This document shows, in pieces, positions 23,968 to 35,927 of a DNA stretch of 64,000 nucleotides. The stretch is from Oopsacas minuta (Eukaryota; Animalia; Porifera). A program made the position numbers and the translations under genes. The DNA lies in assembly GCA_024704765.1 (NCBI GenBank), contig JAKMXF010000022.1, positions 635,055 through 699,054 of the forward strand. The letters are read 5' to 3'. Every line of letters starts with the position of its first letter. Within the stretch, counting starts at the first letter, position 1. The notes beneath the pieces are model-generated. The model had not been told where the DNA came from, ran no database searches, and saw only the letters and a list, made by a program, of their open reading frames with translations.

Positions 23968-26900
23968 ATGTATATCAGATCTTTCCTAACATTACTATCA
24001 ATGCTGGCAGTAGTTTCGAGCTTGCCACAACTCGCGGAAATTCTACCACCTGGTTTGGAAGCTAGTGATGCTGAAGGGACCTATTTGGTGGGGATGGGTC
24101 GCTATGACATCACAGGACCTGTTGCTGAGGTCAATATGATGGGTTACGCAATGATGTCCCAGATAGCACATGGCTTACATCTTCGACAATATAGCCGTGC
24201 TTTTGTATTCTCAAACACAGCTGATAAGAAGAGACACGTGTTTGTAAGTATTGATGCTTGTATGGGAACTCAAATTGTAAAATTGGAAGTTGTTAATAAG
24301 CTTAACAAACTATTTCCTGGCATATACACAGAATCTAATGTTATGATCAGTGCAATACACACACACTCAGGACCAGCTGGCTTCTTCCAGTATCTTCTGT
24401 TCGAACTAACATCCCTCGGTTATGTCAATCAAACTACATTCGCGATTATTGACGGGATTGTAGAAAGCATTGTAATAGCTCATAATAATATGAAGAAGAC
24501 TAATATATTTATCAATCAGGTATTTTACAAAATATTATTTCAAATTTTTTCAATATGGATATTCATTTTAAACTTAGGGAGAAGTACCTAATGCAAATAT
24601 AAATAGAAGTCCTACTTCATATAAACGTAATCCAGCTTCAGAACGAGCTAAATACACTCATGATACAGACACGAATATGGTACTGCTAAAGTTCGTAGAG
24701 GCTGATACCGGGAAGGAGAGGGGTATGATTAACTGGCACGCTGTCCACTGTACAAGCATGAACAACACGAATGAGCTGGTGAGTAGTGATAACAAAGGAT
24801 ACGCTTCCCTCCTCGCAGAAAAACATTTCAACCCTCCTGGAACTCCAGCTGGCAGAGGAGAATTTGTGGCCGCTTTCGCTCAGAGTAACCTCGGAGATGT
24901 CTCTCCAAACACCAAGGGGCCACACTGTCTAGACACTGGGGAACCTTGTGATATTCTCACCAGCACCTGTGGAGGTAGGAACGAAATGTGCGTTGCATTT
25001 GGACCTGGAGATAACATGTTTGAGAGTACTAAAATAATTGGTAAGTTTGAATATATTTAACATTTTAAGATATGTCTGTGTTATAATTATATATTCACAA
25101 ATAGCTAACAAGCAGTATGAAGTAGCAATAGATTTGTTTATGAACGCTAATAAGAAAGTAACAGGACCTCTTGGCTTTGTAGAACAGACCATAGACATGA
25201 CAAACCAGGTGGTTACACTCTCAAATGGTACTCAAGTTCATACGTGTAAACCAGCCATGGGGTATAGCTTCGCTGCTGGTACTATTGACGGACCTGGAGC
25301 TTTTGACTTCACTCAAGGAGATATTACTACTAATCCATTATGGAATTTTGTTAGAGATTTGATTAAGGATCCTTCAAAGGAGCAGGTTAGTTAAATACGC
25401 CACGACTAAGTTAATTGCGCCATACCATTAAGGACAATTTGTGATATGAGTTCAAACTTTTCAATATACAACTTGATCCCATTAATATAAATAGAGTAAT
25501 TCAGTCAAATTCTCTGAATTTGTATTAAATTTACAAATTCAAAAGTTAAGAAGTTTCGGTTTTGAATGAGGGCCAAGTTGGGATTTTCATGTTTATATCA
25601 TATTCATAATTTCATATTGATATAGATACATATGTATTTAGCTAATATTTCTCGTAGTACAGGAAATAGAATTCTATTTTTTCCTTAACAAATTTGCATG
25701 CACTTTATAAAATATTAACTAATTTATTTGTATTAACTAGTAATGACTCTAACCGATATTGTTTCAGGTTTTTTCAGTTTCACCATTTAATGAATTTCAA
25801 TACTTAGTAATACTCTGATATAGGTGTACATGTAGAATGAATGATTAGATTACATTAATTGCTTTTACTATTTTGATGTTCTTTCCATTTCTCTTCCTTT
25901 ATGATATTTGAAGTTTGAACATGCATATACTCACTTGTTCTCTGTCATTGATCATACTTTTCAAATTTTCAAATTAGCTCATTAAATATGGCAATTCAAA
26001 AAGTTGATTATTCAGAATTTTCTGATATTCAGTACATCAATCGTGGCCAGTTTGGAATGGTACACAAAGCTAAGTACAAAGATAAATGGTATGCCATTAA
26101 GATACAGTCAATGGACACCAAACGTGATGAAACTAATCCCAAATTCAAGGGTTATGAGACACATCTGAGAATGGCAGAGTTAAATCACGATAACATTGTT
26201 AAAGTAATGTTCACTACACAAACTAAGACAGATCCTCTAAACAGCGTTGAGAGTTTAGTTTTAGAGTATGCTGATTTCTGTCTTTATGACGTATTACACA
26301 AATACAAACATCTCAACTATTCTCCAGAATTAGGATTGCTATGGGCACTCCAGCTGGCGCGAGCTCTTAGTTATCTACACATCCGACCATTTCCTATACT
26401 CCACAGGGATATGAAGTCTCCTAACGTGTTGCTGTTCGGGGACGGCCGTCTTCTAAAAATAACTGACTTCGGACATGCAACGGATATTCATGACGTCATG
26501 ACTAATTGTGCTGGTACCATCAAGTGGATGGCTCCTGAGATTATCACCAGTAAGAGCTACAATGAAACCTGTGATGTTTATAGCTTTTCAATTGTTCTCT
26601 GGGAAATTCTATCAAGAAAAGAACCTTACAGCAGTGGAGAGTTTAGATACATGATGTTACCCCAGTTTGTGATGGAAATTCTTCAACAAGACGTGAGACC
26701 TAATACCATTTATGGCATTCCTAAAATTTTGAATGAAATCATGGTGAAGTGTTGGGATAAGGATTACACTTCTCGGCCTAGTTCTAGCTGTTTAGTAGCC
26801 ACATTTGAGCAGCTTTGTCACCATTGTAAACTCGTTAAACCGCTACAAACTGAAAACGGTGAGTATCTCAAGCAAACTAAGGTACCTGAATCACTATTAC

Positions 26901-28579
26901 CATTCGTTAATCAAAACGTATTATTATCTTCTGAGAATTCATTCAAATACCATGATGTACCCGAGCTAATGTCTTCTCCTAACCTCCTCCCTTTTGAACC
27001 GGACGAATCCACTAAAAGTAGTACAGACATTTACTCAAAACACAAAAAATACATACTATCTTACACTCAATCAAATGCTAAGCTTAAGAGCTATCTAGCT
27101 GAGGAGGTTGAAGTAGATAGACAGCTTTTTCAAGAAGAGCATAGCATTAAACAGATAAAAGGAATTAGAGAACAACTGGAAGAACTTAGCATTACGATTT
27201 CTCAAAGGGAATCCAAAAGAAATGAGCTTTGGTATACTCTTTATAAAGACAACATTAGGAAACGTCCTTGAATGGACATAAACATACTTTATATTATTAC
27301 AACGCTCAATACCCTATATGGATGTATATTGTGATACAGTAGAATATTCTAGAATATGAACGAAATATTTTCAGTATTCTCATTATTTTATTATAATATT
27401 TTTTGAACTATATGATAATAATTATTGTTTTCAACTATATGATAATAATTATTGTTTTCAACTATATGATAATAATTATTGTTTTCATATGTTGTATCAA
27501 TATTTTAGCAGCGATGAACGATTTCTTGTTGTAAAATAAATATTTACTGTGCGAATTTCCTTGGCAGTACACAAATGCTTAAGTGTATTTAGGCATAAGT
27601 TTGCGTCGCCAAAACGCATTGCGATGAAAGCGAAAAATTATGCTTTGCTTTTGGAAATAAAATGAATATTCTATATTTGAGAATTTTATTCTTAGAAACG
27701 ATGTCAACATCCTAAACCAATTCTCCTCGACACAGGAGAACTTAACTTCCCCTATCCATGGCAAGCTCACATAGTAGACTCACAGATCCTCAGAATAGGG
27801 CAATTCTACATGATTGGAGTACCTGGGGAGTTTACTACTATGTCTGGTCGTCGTCTCAGAGATGCTGTGTATGAAACTCTTGTAAAGGAAGGAATGACGA
27901 ATGGATCTCAAGTTGTAATAGCTGGACTATCTAATGTGTATTCAGACTATATTACTACATATGAAGAATATCAGGAACAACGGTATTATTGTTTATTCTT
28001 ATTTATTAATATTTTTATGAAATTATCTATTTCAGATACGAAGCTGCTTCTACAATTTTTGGACCTCACACTTTATCTGCTTACATACAACAATATAGGA
28101 AGCTAGCCTCTGCTCTTGCTCAGGGAAAATCAGTACCCTCAGGTCCCAACACTCCTAACTACCGCTCAAAACAGCTGACCTTCTTAGGTGGAGTAGTATA
28201 CGATGGAGGAGACCCAGGCAATATAGTTACACAACCTAAGTCAAGCTACAAAGTAAAATCAATTGTAGAAGTTGTGTTTCAGACAGGACATCCTAAGAAT
28301 AACCTATTTACCAACTCCACATTCCTAGAGGTACAGTGCTTGGATACGACTACAGGTGATTGGAATGTTATAGCCACTGACTCAGAATGGGAGACTAAGT
28401 TCAAATGGGTGCGTACTAATCTTCTCGAGGGCAAGAGTCATGCTGTTATTACCTGGGACATTCCTTTAACAACTAAGCCAGGTATATATAGAATTAAGCA
28501 TTTCGGCTATATGAAGCATCTTGCTGAAAAGATTACTCCTTTCAGCGGAACATCTAGTCAGTTTTCTGTCACAAACTGA
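23968..28579 (+). CDS. ASAH2: Neutral ceramidase, 5 exons, ~708 aa
   Basis: Exons 23968-24519, 24578-25040, 25105-25385, 27696-27982, 28036-28579 splice in frame. Signal peptide; motifs GxGRYDITGP, HLRQYSRAF, ISAIHTHSGPAGF, NWHAVHCTSMNNTN, MGYSFAAGTIDG, PGEFTTMSGRRLR, YEAASTIFGPHTL. Confidence 0.93.
25988..27271 (+). CDS. MAP3K7: TAK1/MAP3K7-like TKL kinase, intronless, 427 aa, nested in ASAH2 intron 3
   Basis: RGQFGMV, YAIK, HRDMKSPNVLL, KITDFGHATDIHDVMTNCAGTIKWMAPE, YNETCDVYSFSIVLWEILSRKEPY and a C-terminal coiled coil. Closest recalled match is TAK1 ([25 protein letters not shown]); orthology not tested. Confidence 0.7.
   Translation: MAIQKVDYSEFSDIQYINRGQFGMVHKAKYKDKWYAIKIQSMDTKRDETNPKFKGYETHLRMAELNHDNIVKVMFTTQTKTDPLNSVESLVLEYADFCLYDVLHKYKHLNYSPELGLLWALQLARALSYLHIRPFPILHRDMKSPNVLLFGDGRLLKITDFGHATDIHDVMTNCAGTIKWMAPEIITSKSYNETCDVYSFSIVLWEILSRKEPYSSGEFRYMMLPQFVMEILQQDVRPNTIYGIPKILNEIMVKCWDKDYTSRPSSSCLVATFEQLCHHCKLVKPLQTENGEYLKQTKVPESLLPFVNQNVLLSSENSFKYHDVPELMSSPNLLPFEPDESTKSSTDIYSKHKKYILSYTQSNAKLKSYLAEEVEVDRQLFQEEHSIKQIKGIREQLEELSITISQRESKRNELWYTLYKDNIRKRP
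27407..27487. repeat. 27-bp tandem repeat x3
   Basis: ACTATATGATAATAATTATTGTTTTCA repeated three times, 3' of the kinase. Confidence 0.9.
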
Positions 28580-28739
28580 ACTAAATTGAATCCTCCTGAG
28601 CTTGTTAGAATCAATGCATGTACTAAATAATGAGGATTTACGATATTGTATATTTATATTATCCTATTTCTATGTATAAAATATTTCAATTAGTAATCCT
28701 ATAAACATATAATTATAATTATACTAATAAGTAAGCTAG

Positions 28740-29636
28740 CTAGAATGTGAACACCTGTGTGTTGAGATCGAATCCAACTTTCTCTAAGTTGGGTCTACAC
28801 GCGTACTCTACCATAGGGGGAGGCCCACATATCAAGATAAGGGTGTCATCTCCGGGAGTAGGTAGTCTCTCTCTGATCATTTCTTCATTAATAAACCCTT
28901 TGCTGAATGTCCAGGTATCACCAGGTCGATCTAACGTATACCACAAATTGAATCTGTTAGGATATTTTCTAGAGAATTGTTCCAAATCTTCGCGGATTAA
29001 AATATCTTCTTCAGTTTGGTTTGCGAATAATAAATTAATCTTAGTAGTGTCATTTTCGTCTAGAAATATTGCTTGTATAATCTGATACATTGGAGTTATT
29101 CCAGTTCCACCAGCTATCATTCCAATCTCTGATACCCTGACTGTCCTTTCGTTCTTCCCCAAAGCGTCTGTGACACTCAACACGCCCCCTCCCCTATATG
29201 TCATCTTACCTCTGGGACCCTTCACATTAACTGTATCGTTAATATTCAGCTGTTCTAAGTGTTGACTCATTTTCCCTCCATCTGGAAATTTGGGGTGAAC
29301 TCCTGCGAAATATACCTTTATTACCAGCTCGAAATAACCCTTCTGGTCCTGGAGAGAGGTGGGAGTGTATGGTCTGCTAACAGACATCCCTCCTACTGTA
29401 GCAGACAGGTAGATGTGTTTACCAAGAGGCAGGCCTAGTGTGTGATTTGCACTAGGTAGAGCGAAACGGAACCTTCTTGTGTCATGACTTATCGTATCTT
29501 TTTGAATAAGTCTCACTGCAATAGTTTCCTGTGGATTGACTAAGGTTATCAGAATTTTCTTTCTCCTTCCAAAAAAATACCAAATCCCTGTAATCAGGAT
29601 ACCAGAGATCACAACTGGTAATACCCAACCTGCCAT
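28740..29636 (-). CDS. CYB5R3: NADH-cytochrome b5 reductase, membrane-anchored, intronless, 298 aa
   Basis: N-terminal hydrophobic anchor; SHDTRRFRF, LGLPLGKHI, RPYTPTS, VIKVYFAGVHPKFPDGGKMSQ, MIAGGTGITPM, CGPPPM. Confidence 0.93.
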   Translation of the reverse strand: MAGWVLPVVISGILITGIWYFFGRRKKILITLVNPQETIAVRLIQKDTISHDTRRFRFALPSANHTLGLPLGKHIYLSATVGGMSVSRPYTPTSLQDQKGYFELVIKVYFAGVHPKFPDGGKMSQHLEQLNINDTVNVKGPRGKMTYRGGGVLSVTDALGKNERTVRVSEIGMIAGGTGITPMYQIIQAIFLDENDTTKINLLFANQTEEDILIREDLEQFSRKYPNRFNLWYTLDRPGDTWTFSKGFINEEMIRERLPTPGDDTLILICGPPPMVEYACRPNLEKVGFDLNTQVFTF

Positions 29637-29916
29637 TCAATATTTGTAACGTTTCTTGATTAATTCAGAATTGTAGTTTGATACTTTAGAAAGATGTATG
29701 GTTGTTTTAGATATTGAGCCATTAATGTGTCCTCTATAACCTATTCAAGTGTATGGTCTGGGTCTGACCACTTTATAATAGATCAAGCCATTGGCCTTGA
29801 CCGCCACTTAACACCTTCCGCCGCCCCTACTTATACACTAATGAGTTATCAAAGAACTTTTTATTGGATCTATTGCTATTTAATCAATAATGGTCATTAT
29901 TGTTAATACGGAGGGA

Positions 29917-29952
29917 GACGTTTATGTACAAATAGATTTGTACACAAACGTC
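29917..29952. repeat. Collapsed hairpin derivative of the MULE TIR family
   Basis: GACGTTTATGTACAAAT-AG-ATTTGTACACAAACGTC folds back on itself and matches the inverted repeats at 44923-44975 and 46873-46925. Confidence 0.6.
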
Positions 29953-30469
29953 ACACTAGCTTTTTACCTTGGATTAGTGTCAATATTGCTTCTGGATGTG
30001 TAAGTGCCTGCATTTTGTAAAAAATGGGTATTTTAAATCTATATCTACTTGGTGGATGAGGTTTTGATTGGATTAGTTAAGAATATTGCTTATATATTGT
30101 GATTATGTGGATTTTAGCTCACTATTTCACTAATGTCATAATTGTGCATAGCTAATGTCACAAATGTCATTCTCCCTTGTTAATATTGGACTGTGCTAGC
30201 GTTTCACTTTACTTTCTAACTTCTCCACTTGGGGTAAACTACTACCAAATACGGTAACGAGTTGAATATCTCGGGTGACTAACAACATCACTGACCATCT
30301 AATATTCCAATGTTTGATTTAATCACAGATATACATTACATGATTTGCGTTATGCAGTTGAGAACCACCGAATTCCTGACAAATGAAGCTAGATATCATA
30401 TTTCAGTAGTCATTCAGTTCAGTGTTCTCCTCTCATATGATTCGTATCCCATTATATCTTGGGAAAGGG

Positions 30470-30688
30470 TAAGACATTAGTCGATCGTGTTAAACAAGAT
30501 CGCGATCCCGATCCCGATTTTCGCTGAAATTATGATCGGCGATCCCGATCAAGATCCTTATTTCAAAAACAATCGCGATCTTACATCTGATCCTTAATAA
30601 AACAATGATCGCCGATCGTCGCCAGATCGTCAAAAAAGTATCACGATCGTGATCGAGCGATCAATGATCATACGATCCTAATGCCCTA
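30470..30688. mobile_element. hAT-type MITE (219 bp) rich in CGATC motifs
   Basis: Left end TAAGACATTAGTCGATCGT resembles the reverse complement of the right end (TAGGGCATTAGGATCGT). Flanks GGAAAGGG and GAAAAGGG match at 7/8 (TSD). Confidence 0.75.
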
Positions 30689-30769
30689 GAAAAGGGTGTA
30701 TTAACTATTGTCTACACTCAGCCACAAATTAGATTATACGTATCTCCTGATTTCATTGAAGAACTTTTG

Positions 30770-31879
30770 ATGTGTAAATCAAATTCTAAGCGTTATATTT
30801 TATCTTTTATGTTGTTATCAACAGTACTCATTTTCATTTTGAATAATTATTATATCATCCAAATACGAGTTGATAAAATTGTAAAGCCTATCACAAGACC
30901 ACCAAAATATTCAAAGAGGAATTTTGAATCATGGCCCTTCTCAATCCCTGTTGATCAGAAACGATTAATAAATTCTACAATAATCTCAGAACTATACACG
31001 ATATCAGGAAAAATACATTCAAGCTTGATAGTGCCAATATTTATCACAGACGATTACCTTTCTATACTCTTTAATTGGATTTCAAATGTTTTGCTACAAG
31101 ATTCGCCTCACTTGTTACGTTATTTGTTAGTTATACCAATGGATAAAGGTTCTTGTGAAGTCATTCAGCATTTCAAGATAGCTTATATTTGTATAAATCC
31201 TCCTGAATTGCTGCTACATTTGAATTCATTTGAGAGTGATAAAACTTATTTACAAAGTATATTTACTGTTCGAATGATTTGTTTCTGGCTATTGAGTAGT
31301 TGGGGTTTTGATATTCTACATTTCGATGTTGATGCTATTCCAGTTAGACCGAAATTCTCTGATTTATTTTTACGGGGAGATGAGGCAGATATTGTAGCAG
31401 GGATTGGATTATTCCCTCATTCTGTTTATAAGAATTTAGGCACTACTGTATGTATGGGAAGTTTCTATCTGAAATCACTCATTTACTCAGAAGGTGTTCG
31501 TCAGCTGTTTACAACCATGAGTACTATAGATGCATTTGATGACCAATTGAAAATGAATAAAGCACTTGTTCGAATGGGATTGTATTGGAAGAGTAAAAAG
31601 CCTGGCGAAACATGGATTGGCTTAGATTCTAATCAGAGATTGAGAGTTAATTTCTTGCCAGAAACCATAGTCTGTAGGAGAACTTGTGAGGCATTATTTG
31701 AGATCCTTGGTACTGCTAAAGATGAACTATACATTATGCACCCTTTCACTCAAAAATCAGGACAAGTGAAGAAGAGTCTGTTAGGAGTTTTGAATTTATG
31801 GCAGCTAAAAACATATGATATTCCTAATATTTATAATTTTAACCTAGATTTGATTGACTTTGTTCAAAGCATATCTTAA
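30770..31879 (+). CDS. Type II membrane nucleotide-diphospho-sugar transferase (Nucleotid_trans / GT77-like), intronless, 369 aa
   Basis: N-terminal signal anchor; NW motif, DxD motif (ILHFDVDA), TTVCMGSFYL, DDQLKMNKAL and late IMHP fit the GT-A fold Nucleotid_trans family. ATG is at 30770; the ORF track used an upstream TTG. Confidence 0.7.
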   Translation: MCKSNSKRYILSFMLLSTVLIFILNNYYIIQIRVDKIVKPITRPPKYSKRNFESWPFSIPVDQKRLINSTIISELYTISGKIHSSLIVPIFITDDYLSILFNWISNVLLQDSPHLLRYLLVIPMDKGSCEVIQHFKIAYICINPPELLLHLNSFESDKTYLQSIFTVRMICFWLLSSWGFDILHFDVDAIPVRPKFSDLFLRGDEADIVAGIGLFPHSVYKNLGTTVCMGSFYLKSLIYSEGVRQLFTTMSTIDAFDDQLKMNKALVRMGLYWKSKKPGETWIGLDSNQRLRVNFLPETIVCRRTCEALFEILGTAKDELYIMHPFTQKSGQVKKSLLGVLNLWQLKTYDIPNIYNFNLDLIDFVQSIS

Positions 31880-32133
31880 TTCAGTTTGATGGATTGCAAA
31901 TTTCGCTGGATGAAATTTGTATTTGTTTTGAATATTCATAAACATAATTAGGTTACTTAATACTATTTTCATTTGTATGTACCAAGGTTGCAACCGAATA
32001 GTTCAATATTCGGTTAAGCAACTCATCATGAATACTGATATTAGGTTTGATCGGTTTCAACCTTGGTATGTATGTTATTGCTCTAAATATTAGTTTTGTA
32101 GTGTATTGGTTCTATTGAATTACTCGTGACGTC

Positions 32134-35100
32134 ATGAGTAGTAATATGTCTGGGGTTCAGTCTCGAGTGACTGAGAACTGGCATCAGCTGGGAAACCTGT
32201 ATCTGCGAAAATTTGATTTCTACGAGATGGCATGGATGGATATGTTTGACATGGACAAGAGTATGGTAGTGCCAGCACCTTTTGGTGGTTATATTGCTGT
32301 TGTTGTAGATCCTAACCGTCTGAGCGAGTCAGACAGAGAGCTTGGGACTGTAACCCAGGATAAAATTCATCTCTACCGTCCAACCGGAACCCCTACTGCT
32401 CTCGTGAAGTGGGACGGTGGAACTGTAGCAGGGATGGGCTGGACACAAAATGAAGAGCTTATGGTTGTATCAGAAACAGGAATGATGAAAAAATTTGATT
32501 TGTTTGGTAGATCAAAGGTAATATTAGATCTTATACATTCAGATTAAAAGATATAATTTTAAATATAAGTATATACTACTATAGATACAGCCACAAAACA
32601 TTCTACCACAAGGACAGGGACGTATCCAAGAGGTACAATTCTTCCAGAACCGTTACGGAACAGGTGTAGCCTGTCTCACTACTACAATACTGTTCTGTTA
32701 TTGTACGAATATAAATGAGCCTCGTATGAAGTCTGCCTCTCTAGCAGCTCTCCCTGAAACTACTAGGAGACTAGATTGCTGGCTTCCTGTTGAGATATTA
32801 GATACTGTAGCTATTCTAGCTTCATTCAACGGACGTTTGTACTCACTTACTGTAGATACGTCTGAGGAGATTATAGTTAAGACAAGGTGAGTGTTCTGTT
32901 AGAAACTTCAACTTAAATATTTATAGTCTTGTATCTCAGCTGTCCGAACGAACCTCGTTGGGAACGAATGGCTCTTTCAATCAAGACAGAATCCACTTCC
33001 CAGAAACTAGCTCTCTTCAACTCTCAACAGGGTTGGTTATGGATGGGAGATATTAGTGCTCCTCACAGACAGGTTGATCTAGAAGTATCTCTCTCTAAAA
33101 CCAAGCGAGACTCTCCTCCCTCACAGATCTGCTGGCTAGCTGCTGATGCTGTTGCTATGAGTTGGGAGCATACTCTGTTGGTACACTCTCGTAGAGGAGA
33201 GGATTGGGTTAAGTACACTCTGTATGGAGCTGTAGTCTTGCTACCAGAAGTAGATGGGATTAGAATATTACATCCAGACAGGTTTTTTATATATTTTTAT
33301 AATTCATTACGTCAGTATAATTATAAAATTTTCCATTACAAGTGTTAATCTGCGTTGCCTCTTACTTATCTATTAACTCAGATTATGTTTCTTACCCTGC
33401 CTGCTATGTCCGTCAATGTATTCTGAAAATTTTTCAGTGATCCACCCAAAAATTTGTTTGAACTGTACAGTAGAACTCGGATAAACCGTGTACCTCCTCG
33501 GGGAACAAAATTGTTTGCAATTAAATAGTCGCGCGCTCCTATAGTGCTCTGACTTTATACCAGTTGACAATGTAATTAATTGATTGTCTATAGACACGAG
33601 TTTTTACAGAGAGTGAGTACAGTATCTGTTCAAGTATTCCAGACAGGTAGTATAGCTCCTGGAGGTATTCTCAATGATGCACTCAAATTATATTCCGAGA
33701 AGGAGGGTCACAAAGCTGACGAATATATCAGACTTATTAAGGAGAAATCAGAAACTGAAGATGCTATCAAACAATGTATTTCTGCTGGAACTTTAGAAAT
33801 AGATCCTGAAGTACAGAAGAGCTTGTTCCTGTCTGCTGCTTTTGGCAAGAGTTTTTTAGGCGGGGAAACCATATCTGATGACCTCATTAAACAATTTATG
33901 TCATCCTGCAAACAGCTGAGAGTTCTAAATAACTTGAAAACTGCAGAAGTAAGAATCTCTATTTCATATTTTTCTACTTATGTACGTATAGTTGTGTATT
34001 AATCTTGTATTGTAGGTATCTCTGCCGTTAACCTACGTACAGCTCAATACACTGGGTCTCCCCGAGCTGATCTTACGTTTGATAAGAAGGAAGATGTTCT
34101 TCTTAGCACACCACATTGCCTCCTATCTGGAGATACCAGCTGGCCTAGGTACACATCAGGTACTGTTAGAGTGGGCTAGTCTTAAGTTACAGCAGCAAGA
34201 ACCGGATGAGGTGATAACATGGGATATTGAAAGTTGATGTATTTCGGGAAAATTGCAAATTTTGATTTTATTTATATTTCGAAATATTATTTGTATTATT
34301 AGGTAATTGCACAACAGATTTTATCAAAATTCAGAGACACTCCTGGCATTAGCTACTCATATATTGCAGAAAAAGCTCGATCAGTTGGTCGTCCAGATCT
34401 AGCAACACTACTACTAGAAGAAGAAGCATCAGCTAGTGAGCAGATACCCCTACTGCTAGATATGGGGAGAGATGAGATAGGATTGGATAAAGCTATCAGT
34501 AGCGGAGATCCTGATTTAGTATACTCTGTTATATTCAGACTACAGAAGAAGATGACGCGAGGAGATTTCCTACTCGCTATCCGTAACCGTCCAGTTGCTA
34601 GAAACCTGTACTTAGATTTCTGTAAGAAGCAAGAACGAACAACTCTATACAATTTGTTCCAACAGGATGATATGTTCCTAGAATCTGGTATGATGCGAGT
34701 AGAAGAGACACTAGATCATGAAATACAGGAGGAGAGGAAGAAACTGTTAGTTAAGGCTAGGTCTGATTTCCAGAGTGGAGGATGTGCTCTCTCTATATCT
34801 CTCAGGTAAGTTATCAAACAACAACGAAATATTAGTTGATAACTAATTTGCATATTACAGTCATTACTAAGTCTAGGGGCGCGGGGTCTAAGCCAGGGTG
34901 ATCCAATTTTATTATATTAGACCTTATGGTGTTTATATGGGTTTCTTTTCAATGAATAAACTACAGTAGAAACTCTGAGATTCGGGAAGTCTCGTTCTAA
35001 GGGTGTCCTGTTCTCAGAAAATAATAATAACTCTATCTATGATAGATCAAATTTGTGTATTGTAATATGAAATATTGAAATTCATTTGAATTGGCGAATC

Positions 35101-35783
35101 TATATTTGTTTTAAGGGTGTGTAATTACTAAGAATATTTCCTAAAAATGGACAAATTATGCCCTGGTGGCGTCTGGATCACGAAGGTTAGAGTATATCTC
35201 TACTGTCCCTGAGTACGTCTATGGTACGTATCTTATCCATTGGAGAATGTTTAATTGATTGTTTGTTAGTGAGGATTACATCCGTCTTTACGAGAAACAA
35301 AGAGAACTTGAAGAGTCTCTTGGTAACCGATTTAACATGACTGGTCTCTCTGTTACTGATACGCTAGAGAAGTGTTTCATACATCATCGAGCTAAAGAAG
35401 CAGAATACATACGTAAGGAGTTCCGTATATCTGATAACCAGTTCTATTGGACAAAGATTAAAACTCTAGCAGCTCTGCACGATTGGGCGGAGTTAGATAA
35501 ACTTGCACGTTCCAAAAAACCTGTAATCGGTTATGAGCCGTTTGTAGAAGTGTGTCTAAAGAATGGGAGCCTCGGGGAGGCGATGAAATACTGTCAAAAG
35601 ATACCTTTAGACTCACGAGCACATGCTTATATAAAATGTGGTGCTTATAGAGAGGCAGCTGATGTAGCTTTCCAATGTAAAGAAATAGGTATTTTAGAAA
35701 CTATTCTACAAAAGTGCGGTAATGACAGAGCTCTGACAGAAATTGTCCGTCAGCAGTGTGAAGCATTAGCACAGAAAGTATAG
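32134..35783 (+). CDS. VPS16: Vacuolar protein sorting 16 (HOPS/CORVET), 7 exons, ~864 aa
   Basis: Exons 32134-32517, 32585-32886, 32940-33281, 33594-33948, 34016-34210, 34303-34805, 35270-35783 splice in frame. Motifs APFGGYIAV, MGWTQNEEL, LPEVDGIRIL, LFLSAAFGKSFL, LDKAISSGDPDLVYSVI, KIKTLAALHDWAEL, PVIGYEPFVEVC. Confidence 0.94.
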
Positions 35784-35927
35784 TATAAATTATCAATCGG
35801 GTGTATACGTTTATAATGTTTGTATATATTAATTCAATGATATATATACTATTATGTCATTTTTGCAAGAATTAGTAAAATTCGGTTAATTGTTATATGT
35901 TTTTCTCAGCTAGAATTTGGACTAGCT

